From Octopus sinensis (lineage: Eukaryota): DNA of 20,726 nucleotides. The stretch covers positions 1 to 20,726 of the forward strand of contig NW_021823906.1 of the NCBI RefSeq assembly GCF_006345805.1, in the 5' to 3' direction. Shown one piece after another: positions 19,952-20,726 of this stretch. Under the pieces are notes generated by a model. It had not been told where the DNA came from and searched no databases. It saw nothing but the letters and a program-made list of their open reading frames with translations. Position 1 is the first letter of the stretch, and the number at the start of each line of letters is the position of its first letter. The translations under genes were made by a program, and so were the position numbers.

Positions 19952-20726
19952 CTGTAAGGTACATGATGTAGGGAGGGTATTTTATTGGATATTTACGGTT
20001 TAGTTGGTGGATTGGCTTATTTGGGTTGTACTATTGAATTGATAGTGTCTTGTGTACGACGTGGGTATTTCTAGCAGTGCTAGTTTTTAGATAGTGTGTA
20101 GTGTTGAGTATCCGGGTATAACTTCTAAGTTTTTGTTCATGCTTTTTATTTATCATACCCAATGCTCCAGTTATTACTGGTATTGTTTTCATCTTCATGC
20201 CCCACATCTTGAATACTTCAGTTTCCAGGTCTTTGTACTTTAACAATTTCTCCACTTCTTTTGGGGCAATAGTTTGGTCAAACGGGACTACAATGTCTAT
20301 CAGTAAGCAGGTCTTTTATTTTTTCCAATCCCTGATTATTATGTCTGGGCGATTAGCTTTATTCTTTGTCAGTTTGAATAGGGTTATCCCAAGAAAATTA
20401 TGACCTGTTCGTTGTCATGCACCTTGTTTGGTACATGCTTATATCATTTCTTGTTAGTTTTTATATTGTTGTGCTGACATATCGTCCAGTGGATATAACA
20501 ACTTACTCGGTCATGTCTGTATATATATTCGGATTTGGCCAGGACTTGCCAGAAACGATATGATCAACTGTCTCATTGTGCTTGTTGCACATTCTGCATT
20601 TGGCATTAGGGCCTGTTTTCAGCATTTTGCTTCTATAATTGCTTGTGGTCATGCATTGGTCTTGTGCAGCGAGAATCAGTCCTTCCGTTTCAGCTTTTAG
20701 TTCAGAGCTTTTGAGCCATTGTTGAC
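19952..20726 (-). mobile_element. R4/Dong-type LINE 3' region (CCHC knuckle and RLE endonuclease), pseudogenised, runs off the window end
   Basis: QQWLKSSELKAETEGLILAAQDQ..CRMCNKHNETVDHIVSG..EYIYRHDRV..IHWTIC..PIQTD..KANRPDII..CLLIDIVVPFD..KEVEKLLKYKDLE..MWGMK..IPVITGALG. Stops and frameshifts are present. Confidence 0.92.

Overview
AT-rich eukaryotic DNA dominated by microsatellites and transposon relics. The SINE families and the (TA)n/(AAT)n/(GATA)n load match what I recall of octopod (Octopus) genomes; that assignment is inference, not a database result. I find no intact host protein-coding gene, tRNA, rRNA or CRISPR array, and most ORFs in the track are translated microsatellites or SINE sequence. 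Recognisable content: an internally deleted Helitron Rep-Hel relic (~470-1125, -); about a dozen tRNA-derived SINE copies or fragments from three families, one with a perfect 19-bp TSD and several in inverted pairs; and four pieces of R4/Dong-type (restriction-like endonuclease) non-LTR retrotransposons (4830-5885 +, 12536-14398 +, 18527-18752 -, 19952-20726 -). The most interesting structure is at 12013-14493: a Dong-like LINE bracketed by (AAT)n arrays, ending in a spacerless 88-bp (AAT)n/(ATT)n palindrome. All coordinates and counts were read by eye and may be off by a few bases.
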